Shown: positions 20,619 to 29,887 of the stretch, piece after piece | Numbering within the stretch: the stretch's first letter is position 1 | Layout of the letters: each line of letters opens with the position of its first letter | Origin: Pseudomonadales bacterium | GTDB lineage: Bacteria > Pseudomonadota > Gammaproteobacteria > Pseudomonadales > UBA7239 | DNA: 64,000 nt | Reading direction: 5' to 3' | NCBI GenBank assembly: GCA_041395665.1 | Contig: JAWLAB010000004.1 | Location: 106,227 to 170,226 of the forward strand | Notes under the pieces: model-generated | Told to the model about the DNA's origin: nothing | What the model saw: the letters and a program-made list of their open reading frames with translations, nothing else | Databases searched by the model: none | Made by a program: the position numbers and the translations under genes

Positions 20619-21581
20619 TCAAACGCGGCGTTTGACCGCAAAGTGTGCCAGCGCTGCCAGCTCATCGCGATAGCGCGACCCAGGTAGGCGGTGTAAGCAA
20701 CCCAATGCTGATTCTACCTCGCGCTGTGCCGCCTGTTCGGTATATTGCAGTGCGCCATTGTTTTGCACGATGGTAATGATGTCTTGTAAACGCGCGGAGC
20801 TTTTATTGGTAATCGCTTCACGAATGCAACTCACTTCATCCGCCGCGCCAAATTGCAGGGTGTAAATCAGTGGCAGGGTGAGTTTGCCTTCGGCTAAATC
20901 ATCACCCACATTTTTGCCCATTTCTTCGCTGCTGCCGGTGTAGTCCAGCATATCGTCCACCAGCTGAAATGCCATACCGAGGTGGTGACCGTATTGCGCC
21001 AGCTCTTGCTGTGTGTCGTCGCCCGCGTTGGCAAGAATTGCCGCACAGTGTGCGGCTGCTTCGAACAGTTGCGCGGTTTTGTTGGCAATAACGCGACGAT
21101 AGCGTTCTTCATTGGTGGTGATATCACCCGCATTCACCAGTTGCAGCACTTCGCCTTCAGCAATCGTGTTGGTGGTGTTTGCCATGATGTTCATGACGGA
21201 CATATCGCCCAGTTGCACCAGCATTTGAAATGCACGCGAATACAAAAAGTCGCCGACCAACACGCTAGGCGCATTGCCCCATTCTGCGTTGGCGGTAGCG
21301 CGTCCACGGCGCAGTGCAGATACATCAACCACATCATCGTGCAGCAAAGTGGCGGTGTGAATAAATTCAATCACGGCTGCCATATCGATATGGCTTGTGC
21401 CGTTGTAACCGAGACTGCGTGCAATAAGTAGCACCAACAATGGACGCAAGCGTTTGCCGCCGGCATCGACAATGTAGTGACCAATGTTTTCTACCAGTGC
21501 AACACGAGAGTGCAGTTGTTCGATGATGAGCGCGTTAACAGCGGCAAAATCTTCTGCGACGGCTTGGTGAAATGAGAGCAC
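20619..21581 (-). CDS. ispB: octaprenyl-diphosphate synthase
   Basis: Two Asp-rich motifs (LLHDDVVD and LVDDMLD) and typical IspB length and N-terminus. Confidence 0.9.
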   Translation of the reverse strand: MLSFHQAVAEDFAAVNALIIEQLHSRVALVENIGHYIVDAGGKRLRPLLVLLIARSLGYNGTSHIDMAAVIEFIHTATLLHDDVVDVSALRRGRATANAEWGNAPSVLVGDFLYSRAFQMLVQLGDMSVMNIMANTTNTIAEGEVLQLVNAGDITTNEERYRRVIANKTAQLFEAAAHCAAILANAGDDTQQELAQYGHHLGMAFQLVDDMLDYTGSSEEMGKNVGDDLAEGKLTLPLIYTLQFGAADEVSCIREAITNKSSARLQDIITIVQNNGALQYTEQAAQREVESALGCLHRLPGSRYRDELAALAHFAVKRRV

Positions 21582-21745
21582 AAAAAGCCTGCTGAATGAG
21601 GGTTAAAAAGCAGGCTGCATGCTAGGCGTGGCACTAGGGAGTGTCAAGGAATGAGGCGCTGCTTCGATGGGCTTGTGATAGCATGACGGCGGCAAAAAAC
21701 AGGTAGTTTTTGCACGAATTTTCTGTGGGTGGGGCGATACATTCG

Positions 21746-22780
21746 ATGATCGAAATAGACGAGTTTCCCGATGCGCGCCAGTTGGTGTCGCCCGCTGCGC
21801 AGGAGCGTGAAGATCAGCAAGATCGTGCGATTCGCCCTCGGCGTTTAGCGGATTATGTCGGGCAGCCACAAGTGCGCGAGCAAATGGAAATTTTTATCCA
21901 AGCGGCACGGCAGCGCAGTGCGCCGCTAGACCATACGCTGATCTTTGGTCCCCCCGGCTTAGGCAAAACTACGCTCGCCAACATCATCGCCGCAGAAATG
22001 GGTGTGGCGCTGAAAACTACTTCAGGACCTGTGCTGGAAAAAGCGGGTGATTTAGCGGCACTGATGACGAGCTTGGAGCCGGGCGATGTGTTGTTTATCG
22101 ATGAAATCCACCGTTTGAGTCCCGTGGTGGAAGAAATTCTCTATCCAGCGATGGAAGACTATCAACTCGATATCATGATCGGTGAAGGCCCCGCCGCACG
22201 CTCCATCAAATTGGATTTGCCGCCGTTTACTTTGGTGGGCGCAACCACAAGGGCGGGCTTACTGACATCGCCACTGCGTGATCGCTTCGGCATCGTGCAG
22301 CGATTGGAGTTTTACAACCATGCGGATTTAACCTCGATTGTTTCGCGTTCGGCGCAGTTGCTAGGCATGACCATGGAAACAGAAGGTGCGGTGGAAATTG
22401 CACGCCGCGCGCGCGGTACGCCGCGTATCGCCAACCGTTTACTGCGTCGTGTGCGCGATGTGGCTGATGTCAAAAATCAGGGCAATGTCAGTGCTGAAAT
22501 TGCTGATATCGCGCTGCGTATGCTAGGTGTCGATCACTTGGGTTGTGACAACATGGATCGCCGTTTGTTGTCGACGATTATTGAAAAATTTGATGGCGGT
22601 CCTGTCGGTGTCGATAGTTTGGCAACTGCTATCGGAGAGGAGCGCGACACCATCGAAGAAGTATTAGAGCCATATTTAATTCAGTGCGGCTATTTAATTC
22701 GCACGGCGCGCGGCCGTATGGCAACCAAACTTGCGTACGAACATCTGGGCGTACCTGCGCCGCAGCGGAGTGATGCGTGA
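21746..22780 (+). CDS. ruvB: Holliday junction branch-migration helicase RuvB
   Basis: Motifs [11 protein letters not shown], Walker [12 protein letters not shown] and Walker B LFIDEIHR. The start is taken at MIEIDEF. Confidence 0.95.
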   Translation: MIEIDEFPDARQLVSPAAQEREDQQDRAIRPRRLADYVGQPQVREQMEIFIQAARQRSAPLDHTLIFGPPGLGKTTLANIIAAEMGVALKTTSGPVLEKAGDLAALMTSLEPGDVLFIDEIHRLSPVVEEILYPAMEDYQLDIMIGEGPAARSIKLDLPPFTLVGATTRAGLLTSPLRDRFGIVQRLEFYNHADLTSIVSRSAQLLGMTMETEGAVEIARRARGTPRIANRLLRRVRDVADVKNQGNVSAEIADIALRMLGVDHLGCDNMDRRLLSTIIEKFDGGPVGVDSLATAIGEERDTIEEVLEPYLIQCGYLIRTARGRMATKLAYEHLGVPAPQRSDA

Positions 22781-23181
22781 ACTTTTCCATCGCGGTGCGT
22801 GTCTACATTGAGGACACCGATGCCGGCGGCATTGTGTATTACGTCAATTATTTGAAATTTATGGAGCGTGCGCGTACCGAGTTCATGCGCGCTCAAGGTT
22901 ACGGCAAAACCGCTATTTTTTCCGAGGAGAAAATGTTTGTGGTGCATACTGCCAATGTGCAGTATCTTGGCGCTGCGCGGCTGGATGATGAGCTGATCGT
23001 GACGGCAACGCCGTTGAAAGTAGCGCGCAGCAATATCATCTTTGAACAGTTAGTTTCTCGTGGGGGGGAGCTGCTGTGTCGCGGTGAAGTGCGTATCGCT
23101 TGTGTTGATCGTGCCACGCAAAAACCTTGTGCAATGCCCGAGGTGATGTTTGAGCAAGTGAAACAAAGTTTGAATCAGTGA
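22777..23181 (+). CDS. ybgC: tol-pal-associated acyl-CoA thioesterase
   Basis: Hotdog-fold 4HBT motif [25 protein letters not shown]. The GTG overlaps the ruvB stop. It precedes tolQ. Confidence 0.85.
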   Translation: MNFSIAVRVYIEDTDAGGIVYYVNYLKFMERARTEFMRAQGYGKTAIFSEEKMFVVHTANVQYLGAARLDDELIVTATPLKVARSNIIFEQLVSRGGELLCRGEVRIACVDRATQKPCAMPEVMFEQVKQSLNQ

Positions 23182-23245
23182 TTTTGTATCAGTGATACTG
23201 GGATTTGAGCAGTAATATTTTGGCGCTGAATGCCAGCGCGTTTGT

Positions 23246-23971
23246 TTGGGGGAAATCGTTGTGGAAACAGCTAATCAATCGCTGTCGTTATTTGGATTAT
23301 TCATGCACGCGGCTCTGCCGATTAAGTTAGTGATTCTGACTTTATTGGGTGGCTCTTTAGTGTCTTGGGCGATGATTATTCGTCGCTGGCTCGATTACCG
23401 CGATGCCGAAATCAGCTTTCATCAGTTTGAGCACGCTTTTTGGTCCGGCATTGATCTCAGTCGTTTGTACCGTGAAGGCAACGATCGCGCGCACCATGGT
23501 GAAGTGAACGGTTTGGAAAGTATTTTTCGTGCCGGTTTCAAAGAGTTCACGCGCTTGCGCAAACAGCCAGGTATCGAAGCAGATGCGGTAATGGAAGGCA
23601 CGCAGCGCGCGATGCGTGTTGCCTTGGCGCGTGAAGAAGAATTTTTGGAAAAGCATTTGCCGTTTTTGGCGAATGTGGCATCGGCAAGTCCGTACATCGG
23701 TTTGTTCGGCACGGTGTTGGGCATCATGGATTCGTTTCATGGATTGGCAGCGATGAAACAAGCAACTTTAGCGGTTGTTGCGCCTGGTATTTCTGAAGCA
23801 TTGTTTGCTACCGGCATCGGTTTATTTGCAGCAATTCCTGCTGTTATTGCGTACAACCGTTATACCGCGCGTTTGAACAGACAGCTGGCGCGTTATGAAA
23901 CTTTTGCCGATGAATTTTCCAGTATTTTGCATCGTCAAGCGCACTCAGTCATGCGCGGAGGCGGCGAGTGA
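23246..23971 (+). CDS. tolQ: Tol-Pal system protein TolQ
   Basis: MotA/TolQ/ExbB motifs (ASASPYIGLFGTVLGIM, PGISEALFATGIGLFAAIPAVIAYN). The true start may be the GTG at about 23261. Confidence 0.9.
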   Translation: MGEIVVETANQSLSLFGLFMHAALPIKLVILTLLGGSLVSWAMIIRRWLDYRDAEISFHQFEHAFWSGIDLSRLYREGNDRAHHGEVNGLESIFRAGFKEFTRLRKQPGIEADAVMEGTQRAMRVALAREEEFLEKHLPFLANVASASPYIGLFGTVLGIMDSFHGLAAMKQATLAVVAPGISEALFATGIGLFAAIPAVIAYNRYTARLNRQLARYETFADEFSSILHRQAHSVMRGGGE

Positions 23972-24399
23972 GACGGCGCAAAAAACACGAACAGAAAGCG
24001 GAGATTAATGTCGTTCCGTGGATCGATGTCTGTCTGGTTTTGCTGATTGTTTTTATGGTGACAGCACCTCTATTGATGCAGGGTGTAGAAGTGCAATTGC
24101 CGCAAGCCAGCACGGAGCCGATGGATACACAGGAAGAGCCGCTGATTGTGTCGGTGAAGCAGGACAAAACTTTCTACATCAATTTAGGTTCTGATCAAAA
24201 CGCTGCTGTACCTTTGGCGGATATTGCGGAACAAGTACGCAAGGTGCGCACCACTAAACCCAAAACCCCGGTGTTGGTGTGGGGTGATGCGCGCGTGGAT
24301 TACGGCACGGTGGTTGAAGTGATGGGCGCACTGCAAGCGGTGGGTGTTGACAATGTGGGGTTGGTGACGGAGCCGCCATCTACCCCTGTGAAGAAGTGA
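23968..24399 (+). CDS. tolR: Tol-Pal system protein TolR
   Basis: ExbD/TolR motif INVVPWIDVCLVLLIVFMVTAP. It overlaps the tolQ stop. Confidence 0.9.
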   Translation: MRRRKKHEQKAEINVVPWIDVCLVLLIVFMVTAPLLMQGVEVQLPQASTEPMDTQEEPLIVSVKQDKTFYINLGSDQNAAVPLADIAEQVRKVRTTKPKTPVLVWGDARVDYGTVVEVMGALQAVGVDNVGLVTEPPSTPVKK

Positions 24400-24409
24400 G
24401 TTTGCCCTC

Positions 24410-25354
24410 GTGTCTGATGTGCGCAATGAAGGCTTAGCTCGCCCTTTGGGGATGAGCGTCGGCCTGCACATTATTTTGGTTTTTCTGTTGATGGGCGGCT
24501 GGTTCTTGCACAAAGAACAAAAGGCGATGGCGCCGCCTGCCATGATGAAAGCCGCCTTGGTGTATGCACCAAAATCCACCATGCCGCAGCAGCGCACGCA
24601 GACGCAAAGGCAAGAAAAAAGTAAGCCGCAGCCCGAGCCGCCTAAACCAGAACCACCTAAACCTGAGCCGCCTAAGCCCGAGCCACCCAAGCCTGAAGTG
24701 GTAAAACCCAAAGAAAAACCGCCAGAAGTGAAGCCGGTAGATAAACCATCGCCTGTGGTGGTGAAGCCTGAGCCGCCGAAGCCAGAACCTAAAAAAGCGG
24801 AGCCTAAAAAAACGGAACCTAAAAAAGTTGAGACTAAAAAAGCAGAACCTAAGAAAGTCGAACCCAAGAAAGTAGAGACAAAAAAGCAGCCAGAAAAGAA
24901 ACCTGAGCCACCGAAACAAGATGCAAAACAAGCAGCTAAGAAACAGGCAGCGCAGTCCGCTATTCAGAAAGAAAAGCTCAGTAAAGAGGCTGACATGGCA
25001 TTGCAAGCCATGCTTAATGATGAAGACATTACGCGCACCGGTGAACTGAGTGCAGAACAGCTGGGTAAATGGGTGGGCTTGATTGCTGATCGCATTGAAA
25101 GTAATTGGAATCGCCCGCCCAATGCACGCCCTGGCATGGTGGTCATTTTGCGTATTCAACTGTCGGGTACAGGTTTGGTTGAAAATGTCACGGTTGTGCA
25201 AAGCAGTGGCGACCGAGCATTTGATTTGGCTGCTGAAGCGGCTGTGCGAAAAGTTGAGACATTCAAAGATATAACCGACAAAATGAAGCCAGAAGAACTT
25301 AAAATGTTCCGCGATTTCGATCTCAAATTTGATCCTCAAGATCTTCTTATGTAA
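24410..25354 (+). CDS. tolA: Tol-Pal system protein TolA
   Basis: N-terminal TM anchor, long Lys/Pro/Glu-rich repeat domain and a C-terminal TolA-III-like domain. GTG start. Position is between tolR and tolB. Confidence 0.85.
   Translation: MSDVRNEGLARPLGMSVGLHIILVFLLMGGWFLHKEQKAMAPPAMMKAALVYAPKSTMPQQRTQTQRQEKSKPQPEPPKPEPPKPEPPKPEPPKPEVVKPKEKPPEVKPVDKPSPVVVKPEPPKPEPKKAEPKKTEPKKVETKKAEPKKVEPKKVETKKQPEKKPEPPKQDAKQAAKKQAAQSAIQKEKLSKEADMALQAMLNDEDITRTGELSAEQLGKWVGLIADRIESNWNRPPNARPGMVVILRIQLSGTGLVENVTVVQSSGDRAFDLAAEAAVRKVETFKDITDKMKPEELKMFRDFDLKFDPQDLLM
24635..24694 (+). repeat. four tandem 15-nt coding repeats (EPPKP units) inside tolA
   Basis: The units are gagccgcctaaacca, gaaccacctaaacct, gagccgcctaagccc and gagccacccaagcct. 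Confidence 0.85.
24785..24889 (+). repeat. seven tandem 15-nt coding repeats (E-P/T-K-K-x units) inside tolA
   Basis: The units gaacctaaaaaagcg, gagcctaaaaaaacg, gaacctaaaaaagtt, gagactaaaaaagca, gaacctaagaaagtc, gaacccaagaaagta and gagacaaaaaagcag were read directly. Confidence 0.85.
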
Positions 25355-25383
25355 GAGGCTGTGCCGATATGAATAAAATTACT

Positions 25384-26663
25384 ATGAAAAAATTGCTGCC
25401 GGTTTTTTATTTTTATTGGCTTGCAGCGTAGTCAATGCACAGCGCTTGACCATCAATATTGATAAAGGCGGTCGCAATCCAACGCCGATTGCTGTTATTC
25501 CTTTTTCTTGGAGTGGTGCAGGTTTTAGCGGTGATCAAGTGGCAGAAATTGTTTCCAGTGATTTGTATCGCAGCGGCCAATTTAAGCCTATCGAAAAACA
25601 AAATATGTTGTCGTTCCCACATTCGGAATCGGAAGTGGTGTACCGCGATTGGCGCATGACAGGTGCGGAGTATTTGGTAACGGGTCAGTTGTCGCCACTG
25701 GGTAATGGAGGTTTTGCGGCCAACTTTATTTTGTGTGATGTGAATGGTCAGAAAGTGATGTTCAGCAAGACCATTCAGGGTGGACCGAATAACTTGCGTG
25801 ATCTCTCGCATTACATCAGCGATCAAGTGTATGAAACGCTGACCGGTTTTCGTGGAGTTTTCCAAACACGCGTTGTTTATGTGGGCGGTGGTGTTGGCAA
25901 TGTAAAACTGTATATGGCGGATCAAGACGGTGCGCGTGAGCAAGTGTTGATGACCAGTACAGAGCCTGTGTTGTCGCCGGATTGGTCGCCCGATGGTAAG
26001 CAAATTGTGTATGTGTCTTTTGAAGGCGGTCGTCCTGGCATTTATATGCAAACACTGGCAACAGGCCGCCGTGAACGCTTGACTAGCTTCCCTGGGTTGA
26101 ACGGTGCGCCTTCATTTTCACCGGATGGCCGCAGCTTGGCGATTTGCTTATCCAAAGGCGGTAACCCCGATATCTATGTCATGGATATTGCCAGCCGGCA
26201 GCTGCGCCAGATGACGAACCACCCTGGCATTGATACCGAACCTAGCTGGACTGCTGATGGCAGTGCCATCATTTTTACCTCCAGTCGCGGCGGTAAACCG
26301 CAGTTGTACAAGGTTTCTGTGGGTGGAGGTCAGACGGAGCGCGTGACCTACGAGGGTGATTACAACGCACATGGCCGCATGAGTAAGGATGGTAAGTTGT
26401 ATTCGTTTATCCATCGCCGTGACGGTGTGTTTCACACGGCCGTACAGGATGTGAAATCAGGCCGTGTCACTGTATTAACGCAAACCAGTTTGGATGAGTC
26501 ACCAGCGTTGGCACCTAACGGTCGCATGATCATGTATGCCACCAAGCGCGGTGGCCGCTCGGTGTTGTCTACCGTATCGGTTGATGGTGGTGTACAAGTG
26601 ACTGTGCCGGTAAACAATGCCGATGTGCGCGAGCCGGCTTGGGGGCCATTTCGCACACCTTAA
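25384..26663 (+). CDS. tolB: Tol-Pal system beta-propeller protein TolB (signal-peptide region frameshifted as sequenced)
   Basis: The mature part is typical TolB (repeated PDG/SPDG propeller blades). The only plausible start, ATG 25384 (MKKLLPVF...), is in a different frame from LACSVVNAQ. One extra T in the T-run at 25403-25408 restores MKKLLPVFLFLLACSVVNAQ. Confidence 0.85.
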
Positions 26664-26752
26664 TTTTTAGAAGCGCGATTCAAATTTGAGATGCTATAAT
26701 CGCGCCCGTTGTAATTTTTCTTATTTTTCACTCGCTTACGAAGGAAATAGTT

Positions 26753-27262
26753 ATGTCAATTATGCAAAAAATTCTCGGTGTAGTTTTCGCCGTTCTTTTA
26801 GTGGCTGGTTGCTCTAGCCAACAGAGCAGTGAAGAAGGTGACGGTTCTGCGAATGGCAGCAGTGGCATGGATGGTTTGAGCGGTGCGGATACTCGCGGTA
26901 TTGGTTCTGGTAGTGGTGATTGGGGTTCTGTTTCTGATCAATACGGCAATGTGGTGTATTTCGAATTCGATAGTGCCAACATTCAACCAGCTTCTGAAGA
27001 AATGTTGAACGCATACAGCGAATTACTGAAAAGCTCTGGTCAACATGCCGTATTGCAAGGCAATACCGACGAGCGCGGTACTCGTGAGTACAACATGGCA
27101 CTCGGTGAGCGCCGTGGCAAATCAGTGGCCGACTATCTGTCTATGCGTGGCGTAAGCTCTAGCCAATTGGAAGTGGTGAGCTTTGGCGAAGAGCGTCCTG
27201 CTGTTGAAGGCAGTGATGAATTTGCGTACAGCAAAAATCGTCGCGTAGAAATCGTTAAATAA
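26753..27262 (+). CDS. pal: peptidoglycan-associated lipoprotein
   Basis: Lipobox LVAGC and OmpA-like domain (VYFEFDS..., GNTDERGTREYNMALGERR). Confidence 0.92.
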   Translation: MSIMQKILGVVFAVLLVAGCSSQQSSEEGDGSANGSSGMDGLSGADTRGIGSGSGDWGSVSDQYGNVVYFEFDSANIQPASEEMLNAYSELLKSSGQHAVLQGNTDERGTREYNMALGERRGKSVADYLSMRGVSSSQLEVVSFGEERPAVEGSDEFAYSKNRRVEIVK

Positions 27263-27306
27263 AAACGCCAATTTTTTTGGTGGTCAGTGTAAAAGCTGAC
27301 AAAAAG

Positions 27307-27331
27307 GGTCAGCGTCAGGCTGGCCTTTTTT
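27307..27331 (+). terminator. hairpin plus T-run between pal and cpoB (terminator/attenuator)
   Basis: Stem GGTCAGC, loop gtcag, stem GCTGGCC (one G-U pair), followed by TTTTTT. Confidence 0.45.
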
Positions 27332-27387
27332 GTTTTTTAGCAACGCAATTTGTTTCGATATTGATTTATATCCTTGGAGATAAATCC

Positions 27388-28203
27388 ATGAGCAAGATAA
27401 AAAAAATAGCAGTGATGGTTAGTGTTTTGTCGTTCTGCCAAGTTGCATTGGCTGCACCAGCACAAGTGGTTGACCTCAGTACGCAGCAACAACGAGCAAC
27501 GGTAAGCAACGGTAATAGCTCTGCAATCAGTGCAACGACTGATGCGCAAACGTATGGCACAGAACAAAATGTTTCGAGTTCCAGCGTTTCTAGCGGCACT
27601 GTCAATAATGGCGGTGACGCGAGTAGTGGCAGTTTGTTTATGCAAGTACAGCAACTGCGTGATGAAGTGGCTAATTTGCGCGGGCAGTTGGAAGAGCAGC
27701 AGCACGCGATTGATAACTTGAGCAAACAGCAAATGGCGATGGCACAAGGTGCGGCAAATGCAGCTTCTACAAGCAATGACGCGAGTGTCGGTGCCAGCAC
27801 GGCAACCACAATGAATAGCAACGCGCCTGCAGTCAATAATGATGGGCAAGCAGAATACGATGCGGCATACAGTTTGTTGAAAAACAAAGAAAATGATAAA
27901 GCAGGTGCCGCTTTTCAAGGAATTACTCAGCAATATCCCAACAGTAATTACGCGGGTAGCTCACTGTTTTGGTTGGGTTTTATTTATCAAACAAAGGGCG
28001 ATATGGATGGCTCGGCCAAAGCGTTTTCCTCACTGATTGAACGCTTTCCCAATCACAGTAAAGCTGATGATGCGCGATACAACTTGGGCAAAATTTATAA
28101 TCAGCAAGGAAAAACTGAACAGGCGAGATCTTTGCTGAAATCGGTAGCAGCGGGTAATTCTAAGTCGGCGCCTTTAGCAAAAAGTTATCTTGAATCTATG
28201 TAA
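27388..28203 (+). CDS. cpoB: cell-division coordinator CpoB (YbgF), TPR protein
   Basis: Signal peptide, coiled-coil (QVQQLRDEVANLRGQLEEQQH) and C-terminal TPR repeats. GGAGA RBS. It follows pal. Confidence 0.8.
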   Translation: MSKIKKIAVMVSVLSFCQVALAAPAQVVDLSTQQQRATVSNGNSSAISATTDAQTYGTEQNVSSSSVSSGTVNNGGDASSGSLFMQVQQLRDEVANLRGQLEEQQHAIDNLSKQQMAMAQGAANAASTSNDASVGASTATTMNSNAPAVNNDGQAEYDAAYSLLKNKENDKAGAAFQGITQQYPNSNYAGSSLFWLGFIYQTKGDMDGSAKAFSSLIERFPNHSKADDARYNLGKIYNQQGKTEQARSLLKSVAAGNSKSAPLAKSYLESM

Positions 28204-28221
28204 CTGTTTCAGATTGTTGTT

Positions 28222-28878
28222 GTGAATACCTCTGAAAAAACATTGCGTATCAGCGAGATTTTTTTCTCGCTACAAGGTGAAACACGCACCGTCGGTTTGC
28301 CAACAGTTTTTGTGCGTCTCACCGGCTGCCCGCTGCGCTGTGTGTACTGCGATACCGCTTACGCATTTGAAGGCGGGCAGTTGATGTCTCTGGATGCTAT
28401 TGTTACGGCGGTGGCAGAATATCAGCCGCATTTTGTTACCGTAACGGGCGGCGAGCCGTTAGCGCAGCCCAACGCGATTCCTTTGTTAAAAATGTTGTGC
28501 GATGCGGGTTACGCAGTTTCTTTGGAAACAGGCGGCGCGATGGTGATTGATGAAGTCGATACGCGTGTTTCGCGCGTACTGGATTTGAAAACGCCAGCAT
28601 CGGGTGAGTTGTCGCGCAATCGCTATGAAAACATCGTGCAGTTGACAAGCAATGATCAAATCAAATTTGTGTTGTGTGATCGCACTGATTACGAATGGGC
28701 GCGTATGCAAATTGATCAATACCAACTGCAAGATAAAGTGAGCGAGATTTTATTTTCGCCATCGTTTGGTCAGTTGTCGTATCGCGATTTAGCCGATTGG
28801 ATCATCGCGGATAACTTACCCGTGCGTATGCAGTTGCAGTTACACAAAATTATTTGGGGTGACGAGCGTGGTCGCTGA
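28222..28878 (+). CDS. queE: 7-carboxy-7-deazaguanine synthase (radical SAM)
   Basis: Motifs IFFSLQGE and the cluster motif [13 protein letters not shown]. Adjacent to queC. Confidence 0.9.
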   Translation: MNTSEKTLRISEIFFSLQGETRTVGLPTVFVRLTGCPLRCVYCDTAYAFEGGQLMSLDAIVTAVAEYQPHFVTVTGGEPLAQPNAIPLLKMLCDAGYAVSLETGGAMVIDEVDTRVSRVLDLKTPASGELSRNRYENIVQLTSNDQIKFVLCDRTDYEWARMQIDQYQLQDKVSEILFSPSFGQLSYRDLADWIIADNLPVRMQLQLHKIIWGDERGR

Positions 28879-29572
28879 CAATTCGCCGCAAAAAAAAGCC
28901 GTGATCTTGGTTTCCGGTGGATTGGATTCATCCACGGTATTGGCGATGGCGCGCGAGCAAGGGTATGACTGTTATACCTTGGCGTTTGATTACGGTCAGC
29001 GTCACTGCTCCGAATTGGCGGCGGCAGAAAAAGTATCAACGGCTGGTGGTGCAATCACGCACAAAGTCGTCACGCTGGATCTTTCTACGATCGGCGGCTC
29101 TGCGCTCACCGACGAAAGTATTGCTGTGCCAACGGATGCCAGTGAAGGTATTCCTGTTACTTATGTGCCGGCGCGCAACACGGTGTTTTTGTCGATTGCG
29201 CTGGGTTGGGCAGAAGTATTGGATGCGCGTGATATTTTTATCGGCGTGAACGCGGTGGATTACTCCGGTTATCCCGATTGCCGCCCTGCGTACATCGAGG
29301 CTTTTCAGAACTTGGCAAATCTTGCCACCAAGGCGGGTGTGGAAGGACGCACGATCACCATACACGCGCCGCTACTGCACATGAGCAAGGCTGCCATCAT
29401 CCAAGCAGGCAACCGCTTGGGCGTGGATTACGCGCAAACCGTGTCGTGTTATCAGGCCGATATCAGCGGCGCCGCTTGCGGTGTTTGTGATAGCTGCCGC
29501 TTGCGTCGCGAAGGGTTTCAGGATGCAGGTATTGCCGATCCAACGCGCTATCAATCGCTAATAAAAGCGTAA
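28859..29572 (+). CDS. queC: 7-cyano-7-deazaguanine synthase
   Basis: PP-loop VSGGLDSS and C-terminal Zn-Cys cluster CY......CGVCDSC. An alternative GTG start at about 28868 is possible. Confidence 0.9.
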   Translation: MTSVVADNSPQKKAVILVSGGLDSSTVLAMAREQGYDCYTLAFDYGQRHCSELAAAEKVSTAGGAITHKVVTLDLSTIGGSALTDESIAVPTDASEGIPVTYVPARNTVFLSIALGWAEVLDARDIFIGVNAVDYSGYPDCRPAYIEAFQNLANLATKAGVEGRTITIHAPLLHMSKAAIIQAGNRLGVDYAQTVSCYQADISGAACGVCDSCRLRREGFQDAGIADPTRYQSLIKA

Positions 29573-29579
29573 AAAAAAC

Positions 29580-29607
29580 TTGTTTTTTTGTGCTCAGACA
29601 TTAAGAT
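29580..29607 (+). promoter_or_regulatory. candidate sigma70 promoter for tRNA-Lys
   Basis: TTGTTT, 16-nt spacer, TAAGAT, followed by a GC-rich discriminator (gcgcc), about 15 nt before the tRNA 5' end. Confidence 0.35.
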
Positions 29608-29622
29608 AAGCGCCTCTTTCGA

Positions 29623-29698
29623 GGGTCGTTAGCTCAGTCGGTAGAGCAGTTGGCTTTTAACCAATTGGTCGATGGTTCGAATCCATCACGACCCACCA
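29623..29698 (+). tRNA. tRNA-Lys (anticodon UUU)
   Basis: Hand-folded cloverleaf: acceptor GGGTCGT/ACGACCC, D arm GCTC-AGTCGGTA-GAGC, anticodon stem GTTGG/CCAAT with loop CTTTTAA, T arm GATGG-TTCGAAT-CCATC, encoded CCA. Confidence 0.95.
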
Positions 29699-29732
29699 TT
29701 CCCCCATATCGCAACATACCAAGAAAACCCTA

Positions 29733-29757
29733 AAGCCTGCATTTGCGGGCTTTTTTG
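29733..29757 (+). terminator. rho-independent terminator after tRNA-Lys
   Basis: The sequence AGCCTGCatttGCGGGCT is followed by TTTTTT. Confidence 0.65.
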
Positions 29758-29810
29758 TGCCTTTTTGATACCTAAACGCTCTTAGCTGTACCGTGACAGC
29801 ACAACCAAAA

Positions 29811-29882
29811 TGGGGGCACAATTGGGGGCATATTGAGGGGTTGGGGGTATCTTTGGGGGTATCCCAAAGGATTGGGGGTATC
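29811..29882 (+). repeat. array of G5-tract short direct repeats (2x TGGGGGCA, 1x TGAGGGG, 3x TTGGGGGTATC)
   Basis: TGGGGG units start at 29811, 29823, (29835 degenerate), 29842, 29854 and 29873, mostly 12 bp apart. The array lies between the tRNA-Lys terminator and the stop of the radical SAM gene. Confidence 0.9.
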
Positions 29883-29887
29883 TTGGC

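Noticed and set aside
24184-25339. Long minus-strand ORFs (227 aa and 301 aa) opposite tolR/tolA with striking repeats (GSAFLGS..., FRRLRLR...).
   Set aside because: They are the antisense reading of the tolA 15-nt tandem coding repeats. The low-complexity repeat DNA stays open in several frames. The sense strand has a clear TolA architecture and operon context.
25413-26051. A 212-aa minus-strand ORF opposite tolB.
   Set aside because: It is a shadow ORF. TolB on the plus strand is unambiguous.
29781-29840. A 19-codon minus-strand ORF (MPPIVPPFWLCCHGTAKSV) just downstream of the radical SAM pair, tempting as a Cys-containing RiPP precursor.
   Set aside because: It has no Shine-Dalgarno sequence. 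Its first half is merely the complement of the G5 DNA repeats, so the periodicity is at DNA level rather than codon level. It is very short, and it lies after rather than before the enzymes with no leader-like region.
29811-29882. The G5 repeat array as a CRISPR or mini-CRISPR.
   Set aside because: The units are 8-11 nt with 1-8 nt between them. There are no spacers of CRISPR size, no cas genes and no leader.
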